Positions 39,807-50,098 of a DNA stretch of 64,000 nucleotides are shown here, one piece after another. Where the stretch lies: contig JALWOZ010000012.1 in assembly GCA_027083345.1 (NCBI GenBank), positions 4,025-68,024 on the forward strand, read 5' to 3'. The DNA comes from Candidatus Kaiserbacteria bacterium (lineage in GTDB: Bacteria; Patescibacteriota; Minisyncoccia; Phycocordibacterales; UBA2100). The notes under the pieces were generated by a model. That model searched no databases and was not told the origin of the DNA. It worked only from the letters and a program-made list of their open reading frames with translations. Both the position numbers and the translations under genes were made by a program. Every line of letters starts with the position of its first letter. The stretch's first letter is position 1.

Positions 39807-42470
39807 CTACAACCTCTTGCGCACAAAGACAACTTTAGCTACCTCTACTACTATCACATTAGCTACCCCTAATAAAAGTAGAAGTAATGCACTTGTAATA
39901 GAGATAGGTTCTATTGACAAAAGAAGCATAATAGGTGGCCATGTTATAGCCAAAAATAATAACAAAGTAGACACAGCCATAGCTATCAACAAAAAACTAT
40001 TAGATAATAACGTTGTTCTCCACACAGGCCTTTTTAAGCTTTTGAATGAGAAGGCAAGGAATATAGAGTCTAGTGATATGGCAACAAACATTACAGTACG
40101 TAACTCTTGTAGACCCAAATGCATATAATTAAGAATAGCATATAAAACTATCAACAACCCTCCCGTAAACAGAGAGATAAATATTATCATCTTACCGACT
40201 CCGCCCTCTAAGAGAGAGTTGCTGCTGTTTCTAGTTTTACTCTCCATAAGTCCTTCATCGGCAGGCTCAAAAGCAAAAGGAAAACTCATAAACCCTCCTC
40301 CTATTATATTAGCCCATAATATTTGAGCAGGTAATAAAGGTAATTGTAACCCCGCTACCATACTCCCACCTATTAAGATAATATCACTAGCACTAGTGGT
40401 TAACAAATAACTAACTATCTTACGCATGTTTGAGAATGCCCTTCTACCCTCTTTAATAGCCTCTATTATAGTAACAAAACTACCTGAAGTGAGAATTATA
40501 TCTGATGCATCCTTAGCTACCTCAGTACCATTGCCCTGTGCTATCCCTATATCAGCCGAGACTAAAGAAGGTGCATCATTAACTCCGTCTCCTGTCATAG
40601 CAACAACTTCTCCGGCTTCTTTTAGAATGGTTATCAATCTTAACTTTTGATCTGGTAACATCCTAGCGAATATACTGTCATTGTGTACCGCCAGCAAGAT
40701 AGCCTCATCTGCCAAAGTATCAAAATCTCTACCCAAAACTATGTTAGCCGAATTCAACCCAGCTTTCTCCGCCACCGATTTAGCTGTCTCACTATAATCT
40801 CCCGTAGCCATTATAACCTTTATACCGGCATTTTTAGCTGTTTTTATAGCCTCCGATACATCATCTCTTAAAGAATCAGAAAAAGAAAGTAGCCCACAAA
40901 AAGTAAAACCTAAAGACTCGCCCTCCTCTGGATCTTTAATATCCTCAGGTATAACACACTCAACACTGTCTCTATATCCAATCGCTGTAAACCCTTTACC
41001 TTTTAGACTCAATTCTTTTTGTAACTTAGTATAGTCTTCTCTTATATCACTCGTTAAAGGCTTCCTCTCTCCATTGTGCAGATAATGGGTAGAATGTTCT
41101 AATATATGCTCTGGGGATCCTGTTATATACACTCTAGATTTATTGCTAAAAACATTGAGAGAGATAGCGTACCTGCGCTTTGATTCAAATTGTACAAATT
41201 CTAATCTATTATTACCTTGTGCAAATAACTCATCTTGTTGTAAACCGGAAAGCATTGCTCCTTTTATTATAGCCTGCTCAATGGGTCTACCATGTACTAT
41301 GTTTTTACCATCTTCGTCTATACTAATAAAAGCGTCCGACGCTAAGACAGCAAACTTTACCACACTTAAAGCATCTCCTTCAACATCTTTTATAGGTATA
41401 GATTTAATAACTCCAGAATTAGCTATATGCACTTGCTCTAGCTCCATAGCCCCTTTTGTTAAAGTACCTGTTTTATCTGTTACTATAACTGTCGTAGAGC
41501 CTAGTGTCTCTGTTGCCATTAAGTTCTTAACCAACCCTCCTTTACGCATAACAGACTCCATTGCCACTGCCAAAACAACAGTAACAGCTGCCGGCAAGCC
41601 TTCAGGCATAGCAGCCACTGCAACAGCTACCGCTAATAATAACATATCGGCCACACTACCTCCTCTCAAAATACCAAGTGTAAATATAATAGCGATTATT
41701 ATACCTATGGCTATAACAATATTGTAAGCTAATGCTGTGATACTCTTACTTAAAGCCGTGTCCTTAGACTCGACACTCTTTGTTATTAAAGCTAAATCTC
41801 CCAATAATGTCTCAGACCCTGTCGCAACAACTACACCAACACAAAATCCTTCAACTATAGAAGTCCCCATAAAAACCATATTAGATTGTTCAGAGACTGG
41901 CAAATCTACGTCTTTTAAAATGCCTAGAGATTTCTTAACAGGCTTCAACTCTCCAGTAATGGGAGATTCATTAACTTGGAGTCCTGAGCTACTTACCAGC
42001 CTAATATCAGCAGGCACCTTATCTCCTCCGCTTAAATATACTACATCTCCCGGTACTAACCCTATAGAGCTTATCTCTATCTTAACCCCATCTCTTAAAA
42101 CAATAACTGTAGAATACGCTGTCTTAGATATATTCTCTAAGACTCTAGTAGATTTATCCTCTTGTAAAATACCTATACCTACGCTCGTAAGTATGGCTAA
42201 AAACATAACCATAGCATCAGCATAAGACGCCAAAAAAATAGTAACGATAAATGATACTAATAATATCAATACTAACGGTGAGGAAAATTGTCTAATAATA
42301 ACACGAAGTATATTATATCTATTGACTCTCTTTAAGGTGTTCTCTCCAAACTCTTTTTGCAAGAATTGTATTTGCCCCATAGACAAACCTTTACTAATAT
42401 TTGTGTTTAAAGCCTTCTCAATCCCTTTAATACTCCTAGTGTGCCAAGCTATTTTACTATTATTTAGCAT
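39807..42470 (-). CDS. Cation-transporting P-type ATPase (P2-type)
   Basis: PEGLP, DKTGTLT, TGD, GDGVNDAP. Confidence 0.95.
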   Translation of the reverse strand: MLNNSKIAWHTRSIKGIEKALNTNISKGLSMGQIQFLQKEFGENTLKRVNRYNILRVIIRQFSSPLVLILLVSFIVTIFLASYADAMVMFLAILTSVGIGILQEDKSTRVLENISKTAYSTVIVLRDGVKIEISSIGLVPGDVVYLSGGDKVPADIRLVSSSGLQVNESPITGELKPVKKSLGILKDVDLPVSEQSNMVFMGTSIVEGFCVGVVVATGSETLLGDLALITKSVESKDTALSKSITALAYNIVIAIGIIIAIIFTLGILRGGSVADMLLLAVAVAVAAMPEGLPAAVTVVLAVAMESVMRKGGLVKNLMATETLGSTTVIVTDKTGTLTKGAMELEQVHIANSGVIKSIPIKDVEGDALSVVKFAVLASDAFISIDEDGKNIVHGRPIEQAIIKGAMLSGLQQDELFAQGNNRLEFVQFESKRRYAISLNVFSNKSRVYITGSPEHILEHSTHYLHNGERKPLTSDIREDYTKLQKELSLKGKGFTAIGYRDSVECVIPEDIKDPEEGESLGFTFCGLLSFSDSLRDDVSEAIKTAKNAGIKVIMATGDYSETAKSVAEKAGLNSANIVLGRDFDTLADEAILLAVHNDSIFARMLPDQKLRLITILKEAGEVVAMTGDGVNDAPSLVSADIGIAQGNGTEVAKDASDIILTSGSFVTIIEAIKEGRRAFSNMRKIVSYLLTTSASDIILIGGSMVAGLQLPLLPAQILWANIIGGGFMSFPFAFEPADEGLMESKTRNSSNSLLEGGVGKMIIFISLFTGGLLIVLYAILNYMHLGLQELRTVMFVAISLDSIFLAFSFKSLKRPVWRTTLLSNSFLLIAMAVSTLLLFLAITWPPIMLLLSIEPISITSALLLLLLGVANVIVVEVAKVVFVRKRL

Positions 42471-42528
42471 AATATGTTATTATAGCAGGTACTGATACAA
42501 AGATATTAAATTATTAACAAAATAAAAT

Positions 42529-42987
42529 ATGAAAGAAAAAATACGAGAAGCGATGAAAGATGCCATGCGCAATAAAGATATGGAAAGGGTTACTGTACTG
42601 CGAGGACTGCTTGCCAATTTTACCAATGAGCTTGTAGCACAAAAGCGTCCACCAACAGAGGAGCTCTCTGAGGCAGACATACTCAAAGTACTCAAGCGCG
42701 CAGCAAAGCAACGTAAAGATAGCATTGAGCAATTCACCAAAGGCGGTAGACAAGAGCTTGCAGATAAAGAACAACGAGAATTAGAGATTATAGAAGTTTA
42801 TCTACCTGAGACTGTTAGCATAGAGGAGATTGAAAAAGTTGTACAAAACAAGATAGATGAACTTGGTATAGACCCTTCGACGGACTCAAGACAAGCTGGC
42901 AAGCTTATGGGCGCTGTGATGAAGGAGCTTGCCGGCAATGCCGATGGTAATGATGTTAAAGAGGTTGTTACTAAACTACTTGCATAA
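42529..42987 (+). CDS. GatB/YqeY domain protein
   Basis: KQRKDSIEQF, YLPE, GKLMG, ADG. Confidence 0.92.
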   Translation: MKEKIREAMKDAMRNKDMERVTVLRGLLANFTNELVAQKRPPTEELSEADILKVLKRAAKQRKDSIEQFTKGGRQELADKEQRELEIIEVYLPETVSIEEIEKVVQNKIDELGIDPSTDSRQAGKLMGAVMKELAGNADGNDVKEVVTKLLA

Positions 42988-43010
42988 AGATTAAATAAAT
43001 GATATAAAAA

Positions 43011-43105
43011 GGGTCGGTGAGGTCTTCGTAACGAAGACCTCGGGTCAACAAGGAATCGTAAAATTCCGAGAAAGACCCGAGTAATCTAACAAGACCTCGC
43101 CGACC
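43011..43105. ncRNA. Structured ncRNA candidate, 6S-like architecture
   Basis: 15-bp closing stem, internal bubble, 8-bp and 5-bp inner stems, plus a mutually exclusive 10-bp hairpin. Confidence 0.5.
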
Positions 43106-43107
43106 AC

Positions 43108-43135
43108 AACCGTAGACTCTGTTCTACGGTTTTTA
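43108..43135 (+). terminator. Intrinsic terminator hairpin
   Basis: AACCGTAGA-CTCTGT-TCTACGGTT followed by a T run. Confidence 0.7.
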
Positions 43136-43159
43136 TTTTATATAATAATAATTTAACTA

Positions 43160-44491
43160 CTACTTAGAAAGGAGTGTGTCAATCCTATTCATATCTCGAG
43201 GGAAGAGGCTTGCCTCGCGCACATTACCTATACCTAAGAATTTCTCTGTCAGACGCTCAAGCCCCATACCAATACCTCCATGCGGAGGTAATCCGTACTT
43301 AAATGCCTGCAAATAAAACTCGAATGCCTCTGGCTTAAGACCCTTATCTTTAATCTTCTGTACCAATTCGTCATAATTATGTACTCTCTGCCCACCACTA
43401 ACTATCTCAACACCACGAAAGAGTAAGTCAAAGCTCTTTGTGAACCCTTTATCCTCCTCGTCTTCATAAGTGTAGAATGGTCTCTTGTTCACAGGATAAT
43501 GAGTTATAAAGATAAAGTCGCTACCAAGCGTCTCCTTTGCATATTTGCATAAAAACTTCTCATGACTTGGCTCAAGGTCTGGCTCCCCAGTACAATCCTC
43601 ACCGGTCTCGCTCTTTATAATCTCCTGCGCCTCACTAAGCTTCATAAACGGAATCTCATTCGGCACAAGTGGTAACTCTACTCCAAAGTCATTAAGGGTT
43701 TCTTTATGTTCTGCCTCCACTGCGCTCACTATGCCCTTAATAACCTTTGTAAGCATTTCCATAACATCTCTATGGTCATTTATAAATGCCATCTCAAAAT
43801 CTATTGACGTGTACTCACTTAGGTGTCTTGTTGTTGCACTCTTCTCTGCTCTAAATACTTTAGTTGTGGCAAACACTCTCTCAAATACTCCGGTCATCAT
43901 CTGCTTATAAAGTTGCGGGCTTGATGCTAGGTATGCTGTACAATCTTTAAAGTACTCAAGCTTAAACACATCTGCCCCACCCTCTGCATCACCCCCAACG
44001 ATCGCAGGCGCTTGAAACTCTGTAAAACCATTACCATTAAGAGTCTGCCTAAAGGCTTTAAGTATTGTGGCCTGCAAGGCGAATGTCCTGCGTGCCCTAT
44101 CTCTACGGAGTGTAAGTGGCAGATTATCAAGATAAGTATCTTGATTAAGCTCAGTCTCTATGTCAAACGGCAGCTCCGCAGCCTCACTAAGTACCTTAAC
44201 CTCTTTAATACCAAGCTCTAGCTCGCCATTGAGCTCGTCTTTACGCATCTTCTCTGGGCGCCCCTTAACCTCACCGACTATCTCTACCACCCATTGCTCA
44301 CGAAGCTTCTGACTCTCTGGTAAAGCTGTATCATTATAATCTGCACTTGCCACTGCCTGCACTGTGCCTGTCCTATCTCTCGGCACTATAAAGGCCACCT
44401 TGCCGTGATCGCGCACAGCGCTTACCCACCCGGCAACCTTCACATCCTCACCTATGTGATCTTTTAAGTCTTTTATCAATACTCTTTCCAT
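43160..44491 (-). CDS. aspS: Aspartate-tRNA(Asp/Asn) ligase, short archaeal-like type
   Basis: SSPQLYKQ, FRAEKS.TTRHL, SGGQR, PPHGG.G.GLERL, FPRD. Confidence 0.93.
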   Translation of the reverse strand: MERVLIKDLKDHIGEDVKVAGWVSAVRDHGKVAFIVPRDRTGTVQAVASADYNDTALPESQKLREQWVVEIVGEVKGRPEKMRKDELNGELELGIKEVKVLSEAAELPFDIETELNQDTYLDNLPLTLRRDRARRTFALQATILKAFRQTLNGNGFTEFQAPAIVGGDAEGGADVFKLEYFKDCTAYLASSPQLYKQMMTGVFERVFATTKVFRAEKSATTRHLSEYTSIDFEMAFINDHRDVMEMLTKVIKGIVSAVEAEHKETLNDFGVELPLVPNEIPFMKLSEAQEIIKSETGEDCTGEPDLEPSHEKFLCKYAKETLGSDFIFITHYPVNKRPFYTYEDEEDKGFTKSFDLLFRGVEIVSGGQRVHNYDELVQKIKDKGLKPEAFEFYLQAFKYGLPPHGGIGMGLERLTEKFLGIGNVREASLFPRDMNRIDTLLSK

Positions 44492-44554
44492 ATTAATGTT
44501 ATTACAATTACTATTGAAGGAAATTTCAGAAACTATTTTGCAAACCCATTTTCC

Positions 44555-45502
44555 TTATAATACCACACCAAGTCGGTCGCGCACGAGCTGCATCTTGGCA
44601 TCTGCAAGCTCGTGCGCGATATTGGCGCCGTTATCTAATATCTCTTTCACACCCTCTACATCTTTTGCAATCTCAGCTCTACGCTCACGCATTGGCGCTA
44701 TAAATGCGTCAACATCCTCTGCCAATATACGCTTAAGCTCGCCATACTTGCCCTTATACTCCTCATATATTGGAGCAAGCTCCTCCTCACTCTTAAAGAG
44801 CTTGTGCAACGCATACACATTCTCCGGCCTATCTCCACTTGAGTCTGTTACTATCTTCTTCACTAATCTTTCTATCTCCTCTCTTGAAGCAAAGAGTGGT
44901 ATTGTATTGTCATAGCTCTTACTCATTTTACGCCCATCTAGCCCCGGCACCGTCTCTACACTTTCTACAATTATAGATTCAGGTAAAGTAAATATATCTC
45001 CATATATCTTATTAAACTTTTCTGCTATATCTCGTGTAAATTCTAAGTGCTGTTTTTGGTCCTTACCTACAGGCACTGCAGTAGCATCGTACAGCAAAAT
45101 GTCTGCCGCCATAAGTATAGGATAATTAAATGTACCTACATTAATGTCTACCCCCTTAGCCTCTGCATCTTTATATGCATGAGCTCGCTTTAAGTAGCCC
45201 ATCTGCACTATAGTATCAAACACCCAAGCAAGCTCAGTGTGTGCGGATATACGTGATTGTTGATACAATACAACATTCTTAGAATCTAAACCTATAGCTA
45301 GGTAGTCTATTATCAGATCTAATATATTCTGCCTCATCTCCTCTCTGTTTTGCAGAGTATTAAGTGCATGATAGTCAGCTATAAAGATAAAAACCTCATC
45401 ATACTCAGACTGCAACTCTACAAACTGCCTCATAGCACCGAAATAATTGCCTATATGTGGCCTACCAGACGGCTTTACTCCAGATAACATTCTCTCTTTC
45501 AT
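44555..45502 (-). CDS. trpS: Tryptophan-tRNA ligase
   Basis: HIGNY, YPILMAADIL, VPVGKDQ, KMSKS. Confidence 0.97.
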   Translation of the reverse strand: MKERMLSGVKPSGRPHIGNYFGAMRQFVELQSEYDEVFIFIADYHALNTLQNREEMRQNILDLIIDYLAIGLDSKNVVLYQQSRISAHTELAWVFDTIVQMGYLKRAHAYKDAEAKGVDINVGTFNYPILMAADILLYDATAVPVGKDQKQHLEFTRDIAEKFNKIYGDIFTLPESIIVESVETVPGLDGRKMSKSYDNTIPLFASREEIERLVKKIVTDSSGDRPENVYALHKLFKSEEELAPIYEEYKGKYGELKRILAEDVDAFIAPMRERRAEIAKDVEGVKEILDNGANIAHELADAKMQLVRDRLGVVL

Positions 45503-45541
45503 CACTAGCAATAGTAACAAGTATTATGGTATTATACAAAT

Positions 45542-47092
45542 ATGAGCAACTTTAAAATACCAACTTTACAAGAGGTTCTAGACCTATCAGAAATACACTC
45601 TAAAAATGACAAAGCTCTTGTGGGCAAGGCTTATAGTTTTGCGCAAGAAGCACATAAAGGGCAAAAACGATACTCTGGTGCTCCCTACTTTCAACACGTT
45701 GCTACTGTAGCCGAGTATCTTGCAGAACTTGGTATGGAGGCAACTGTTGTCAGCGCCGGCATATTACACGACACGGTAGAAGATACTGAGGTAGAATTAG
45801 ATGATATTAAAAAAGAGTTTGGACAAGAGGTAGCTCTGCTAGTAGACGGAGTTACAAAACTCGGAGAGGACAAAGTGAGATACAAGGGCACAGATAGACA
45901 TGTTGAGAGTTTGCGTAAGCTCTTCGCTGCTACGGCCACAGATGTGCGAGTGCTTATAATTAAGCTTATGGATAGGCTACACAATGCTCGTACACTACAA
46001 CATGTACCCCAACACAAAAGAGAAAGGATAGCTAAAGAGACTCTTGAGATATATGCCCCTATCGCCTTCCGTTTAGGAATGGGAGTTTTGCAAAAAGATC
46101 TAGAGGACGCGGCATTTCCCCACGCTGAACCAAAAGAATACAAGAAGGTTGCGCAGATATTAAAAGAGCGCAAAGCTGAGACAAAAAAGTGGTTAGACAA
46201 AGCACAAAAAGACATTCGTACAGAGCTTGCTAAAGCGGGCATACGCAACTTCCGCACTCAGAGACGAGTAAAAGGAGTCTATAGTCTATATAAGAAGTTA
46301 ATAAAAAAAGATTGGGATGACACAAAGATAAATGATATTTTAGCGTTAAGAATTATAGTAAACACGGTGGATGACTGCTACAAAGTCTTTGGAGTGGTGC
46401 ACAAAATATGGACTCCTGCACCGGGCAGGATTAAAGACTACATATCCAATCCTAAACCAAATGGCTATCAAAGCATCCACACCACAGTCAAGACAGACGT
46501 AGGAGGCTTTTTAGAAGTACAAATACGCACAGAGGAGATGCATCGCGAAGCACAATACGGTCTCGCCGCACATATGAATTACAAACTTGGTAAAACAAAT
46601 AAAGCTGGTAACTCGGTCTTTAGTTGGATAAGCCAATTACTACCTTCTAATAAACAACGCAAACATAAGGAGTACGCCGTAAAACGCTTAGGTAGTAATA
46701 CAGACAATACCGAGAAAGATACTCCCTATTGGCTCAAACTATTAGCAGAAGCTAAAGAATCTAAAGGGGAGGAATTTATACAAGATATGAAGGCGGACTT
46801 CTTCTCTCATCGTATATTTGTTTTTACTCCCGGGGGAGATGTTATAGACTTACCGGTAGGAGCAACACCCATAGACTTTGCATATTGCATACATTCTGAT
46901 GTTGGTGATCATTTAGCCAGCGCAAAAATAAATGGCAAAATGTCAGCAATAGACACAGAACTGCAAAACGGAGATTATGTAGATGTAACTACTAAAAAAA
47001 CATCTCACCCTACACGCAAATGGATAGACTCTACTAAAACAAATTTAGCAAAGCGTAAAATACGAGCCTACTTACAAGAGAACAAGAAGTAA
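45542..47092 (+). CDS. RelA/SpoT (HD + synthetase + TGS), lacking ACT region
   Basis: LHDTVED, DRLHN, KDYI..PKPNGYQSIHT, EVQIRT, TPIDFAY. Confidence 0.93.
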   Translation: MSNFKIPTLQEVLDLSEIHSKNDKALVGKAYSFAQEAHKGQKRYSGAPYFQHVATVAEYLAELGMEATVVSAGILHDTVEDTEVELDDIKKEFGQEVALLVDGVTKLGEDKVRYKGTDRHVESLRKLFAATATDVRVLIIKLMDRLHNARTLQHVPQHKRERIAKETLEIYAPIAFRLGMGVLQKDLEDAAFPHAEPKEYKKVAQILKERKAETKKWLDKAQKDIRTELAKAGIRNFRTQRRVKGVYSLYKKLIKKDWDDTKINDILALRIIVNTVDDCYKVFGVVHKIWTPAPGRIKDYISNPKPNGYQSIHTTVKTDVGGFLEVQIRTEEMHREAQYGLAAHMNYKLGKTNKAGNSVFSWISQLLPSNKQRKHKEYAVKRLGSNTDNTEKDTPYWLKLLAEAKESKGEEFIQDMKADFFSHRIFVFTPGGDVIDLPVGATPIDFAYCIHSDVGDHLASAKINGKMSAIDTELQNGDYVDVTTKKTSHPTRKWIDSTKTNLAKRKIRAYLQENKK

Positions 47093-48016
47093 TTAACCAT
47101 TAAACCTCTCCTCAAGTGCTGGCACAATTTGCTTCTTACGAGAGACTAGGTTGTCTACATATAGAGTACCATCTCTCTCCTCTGCATTAAATACCTCTTT
47201 AAATAGTTGTGTAGTGTCCTTGTCTGAAGTCGCGGTGTAACTCTCCTCATTAAGTATGTCTACTATAGTAAAGATTATCCCCTTGAGCCCCTCTCGCTCT
47301 TGTATAGCCTTAAGTCCGTCTTTAATCTCGTCCAGTCTGCCCAATCCGTATGATGGACTAGTAGTCTCCATAACTCCTATTGTGTATTTATCCCCTCCGA
47401 AGGTAAACTCCTTATAGTCAAGAGTTATCAAGCTCTCCACATCTATATCCCCCAAGTCGCTCTTGGCATTAAACATCTCTAGTGAATAAGCCTCTATATC
47501 GCTTATCTCCGCCACCTTATTAAGCTTCTCTAGTATTTCCTTGTCCTCAGCGGTGCTCGTAGGAGAGCGGAAATGGAGTGTGTCTGAGAGTATTCCGCTT
47601 ATAAGCATTGTCGCCTCCTCCTTAGAGAGCTCTATTCCATTAGTAAAGAACTTCTTAGCAACAATACTGCAAGATGAGCCTATGGGCTGTATGTCCATCT
47701 CTATGGGCTTAGAGGTTTTAACATCCACCTTATGATGGTCTATTATGCCTACAAGATCTAACTCGCCTAGGTTGTCTATACTCTGCCCTGCCTCGTTATG
47801 GTCTAAGAGTATCACTTCACTACCTGCAGGTAACTCAAGCTGTACTTGTGGCGCTTCAATGCCCAACTCATCAAAGACGAACTGTGTCTCACGATTAAAG
47901 GTCCCCAGTGCATACACCTTAGACTCTACACCTGTCTTTTTTAAAAATGATTGATAAACAACAGAGCTACATATAGCATCTGTATCCGGATTCTTGTGTC
48001 CTATTACATATTTCAT
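47093..48016 (-). CDS. ppaC: Mn-dependent inorganic pyrophosphatase
   Basis: GHKNPDTDAI, DHN, DHH, SDTL, SRKKQ. Confidence 0.96.
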   Translation of the reverse strand: MKYVIGHKNPDTDAICSSVVYQSFLKKTGVESKVYALGTFNRETQFVFDELGIEAPQVQLELPAGSEVILLDHNEAGQSIDNLGELDLVGIIDHHKVDVKTSKPIEMDIQPIGSSCSIVAKKFFTNGIELSKEEATMLISGILSDTLHFRSPTSTAEDKEILEKLNKVAEISDIEAYSLEMFNAKSDLGDIDVESLITLDYKEFTFGGDKYTIGVMETTSPSYGLGRLDEIKDGLKAIQEREGLKGIIFTIVDILNEESYTATSDKDTTQLFKEVFNAEERDGTLYVDNLVSRKKQIVPALEERFNG

Positions 48017-48052
48017 AATTAATATATTATCATCACTAATAATCTTGTACAA

Positions 48053-49750
48053 CTACATTCTTTCTGGAGTGTTGATGCCCAAGATTTGCAAGCCGTTTTT
48101 AATTGTCTGAGCTGTTACCTCTGTTAGGGCTAGTTTGTAGTGCTCCGCATCTGTGCCGTCTAGTATCTTGCCCTGCGCATACCAGCTGTTGTATGCGCTA
48201 GCCAGGTCATTGAGATAATTTGCAATATGATGTGGCTGGTACTCCAGAGCCGCACGCTTCACTACCTCTGGAAATCTATAAAGCAACTTCTCTATGTTTG
48301 TATGCACCCAGTCTCTCGGCACTTGCACTTTTATGTCTCCTCTATGCGGATATGCCTTCGCCATCACCGACTTACACCTCGCATATGTATACTGCAAGTA
48401 TGGCCCAGAATCCCCCTCAAATGAGAGCGACTGCTCTATGTCGAAGGTGATATTCTTACCCATGCCTACCTTCACTATCGCATACTTAACAGCGGCAATT
48501 GCCACCATCTCTGCAGACTCCTCTGTCATCTCAGAACCTGATTCTTGCGCTCTCTCTAAGGCGGAGCTCTTTACAGAGTCTAGTATGTCTACCGCAAGAG
48601 GCACACCACCACTCCTAGAGGAGATCTTGCCCGTTGTGAGAGCAAGCCTGCCATGCTGGAGGAATAGCGACTTCTCTGCCCACTCTCTGTTAATAAGCTC
48701 TGCCGACTTCTTCACCAGCTCAAAGTGTTGCTTCTGCTCTACATCTGTAACTGTTATAGACTTATCAAAGTCATACTCTCTAAACTTAATACTAAGTAGT
48801 CCAGTGTCTTTAGCTAAATATGTACCAAAGCCGGCTGAGTTGATATACACATTGTCAAATAGTCCGTGCTCCGAGCCTCTGAATATCACAGCTCCGTCAG
48901 ACTCCTCAAACACACTCGGCACATTCTCAAGCACAATCCTCTTACCCTCCTGCTCAGCCTGAGTCTCAAATATCAGCTTGTCAAAGTGCGAGCCGAGCCG
49001 AGCTATGATGTTATTGAAGTACTCTAGCGAGAGCTCCCTACCCCTCTTATACACCTCGTACTCCGGTGAGTCCTCTTTGTTATATATATTGGTGTTTATT
49101 TCATTTATGCGAGCCTTTGCCCCCTCACTCTCTTTATACGCTTCTACACCCTTAACATACGCCTCGCCCACCTGCTCTATGGTAAAGTTCTCCGCAATAC
49201 CCATCTCTATGATACCCCACACCGCCTTGGCAATACCAGGCGACACATCTGAGGGGAAGGATATTGCAGTAACATAAGCACCAGCAAATTGCATTAAGCG
49301 TACAAGTGCCTCACCATATGTATTATTAACCAAATGCCCAATGTGGAAGGGTTTAAAAAGATTCGGCGAGCTATGCTCTAGTAGTATCTTCTCTCCGCTG
49401 AGAGCATCACTCTTGCCCCACTCTCCTCCGCGCTCTAAAGCCTCAGCAACACTATGCTCAAAGAACTCCTCAGAGAGGTGGAAGTTGATAAACCCTGGCC
49501 CGGCAATCTCTACCCTATCAACCCACTCAATCTCCGGCAACTTAGACACAATCTCCTCAGCCAACTCCCTGGGACTCTTACCCAACCCCTTAGAAAGTCG
49601 CATGGCAACATTACAAGAGTAATCACCGTGAGTTAAGTCAGCCGGATGCTCCAAAGTTATCTCAGTACCACTCACATCAATACCAACACCCGCACTCTCA
49701 AGAGCCTGCTTAAGCAGGCCTTTAATTACATCTTGTATCTCAACAGTCAT
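48053..49750 (-). CDS. argS: Arginine-tRNA ligase
   Basis: GPGFINF, SPN..KPFHIGH, GDSGPYLQY, PERM. Confidence 0.96.
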   Translation of the reverse strand: MTVEIQDVIKGLLKQALESAGVGIDVSGTEITLEHPADLTHGDYSCNVAMRLSKGLGKSPRELAEEIVSKLPEIEWVDRVEIAGPGFINFHLSEEFFEHSVAEALERGGEWGKSDALSGEKILLEHSSPNLFKPFHIGHLVNNTYGEALVRLMQFAGAYVTAISFPSDVSPGIAKAVWGIIEMGIAENFTIEQVGEAYVKGVEAYKESEGAKARINEINTNIYNKEDSPEYEVYKRGRELSLEYFNNIIARLGSHFDKLIFETQAEQEGKRIVLENVPSVFEESDGAVIFRGSEHGLFDNVYINSAGFGTYLAKDTGLLSIKFREYDFDKSITVTDVEQKQHFELVKKSAELINREWAEKSLFLQHGRLALTTGKISSRSGGVPLAVDILDSVKSSALERAQESGSEMTEESAEMVAIAAVKYAIVKVGMGKNITFDIEQSLSFEGDSGPYLQYTYARCKSVMAKAYPHRGDIKVQVPRDWVHTNIEKLLYRFPEVVKRAALEYQPHHIANYLNDLASAYNSWYAQGKILDGTDAEHYKLALTEVTAQTIKNGLQILGINTPERM

Positions 49751-49869
49751 AAGCTCAATGGTACACCAAACTCATAATTTATAAAACCCCATAACCCTTG
49801 ACAAATGTGGGGGGTGATAAGGTGAATATGTTGCCAACTAGGCAACTCTTCAACAGAAAGGAGGCTACT

Positions 49870-50007
49870 ATGCCCTATCAAACTGAAGAACAGTTCCACA
49901 ACAAATACTTCCTGTGTTCCATCGGGGGGAGTGGCGACTGGGATGATGGCGCCGCCAGCGACCAGGGCAATGGTGACAGCTCTGGTGATGTGGGTAATGA
50001 CCTGTAA
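49870..50007 (+). CDS. 45-aa acidic Asp/Gly/Ser-rich peptide (candidate precursor)
   Basis: AAAGGAGG upstream of ATG, upstream TTGACA at 49798, downstream terminator. Confidence 0.55.
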   Translation: MPYQTEEQFHNKYFLCSIGGSGDWDDGAASDQGNGDSSGDVGNDL

Positions 50008-50026
50008 ATTCCCACTCATCACCTAG

Positions 50027-50069
50027 GCCCAATTCCGTGTTACAATACATGCGGGATTGGGCTATTTTT
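50027..50069 (+). terminator. Terminator after the small peptide gene
   Basis: GCCCAATTCCGTGT...ATGCGGGATTGGGC followed by TATTTTT. Confidence 0.7.
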
Positions 50070-50098
50070 AATAATTTTCTACATTATTCTATGATCTT

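Noticed and set aside
43011..43105. SRP (4.5S) RNA assignment
   Set aside because: Lacks the GNRA tetraloop and the conserved symmetric-loop motif of SRP helix 8
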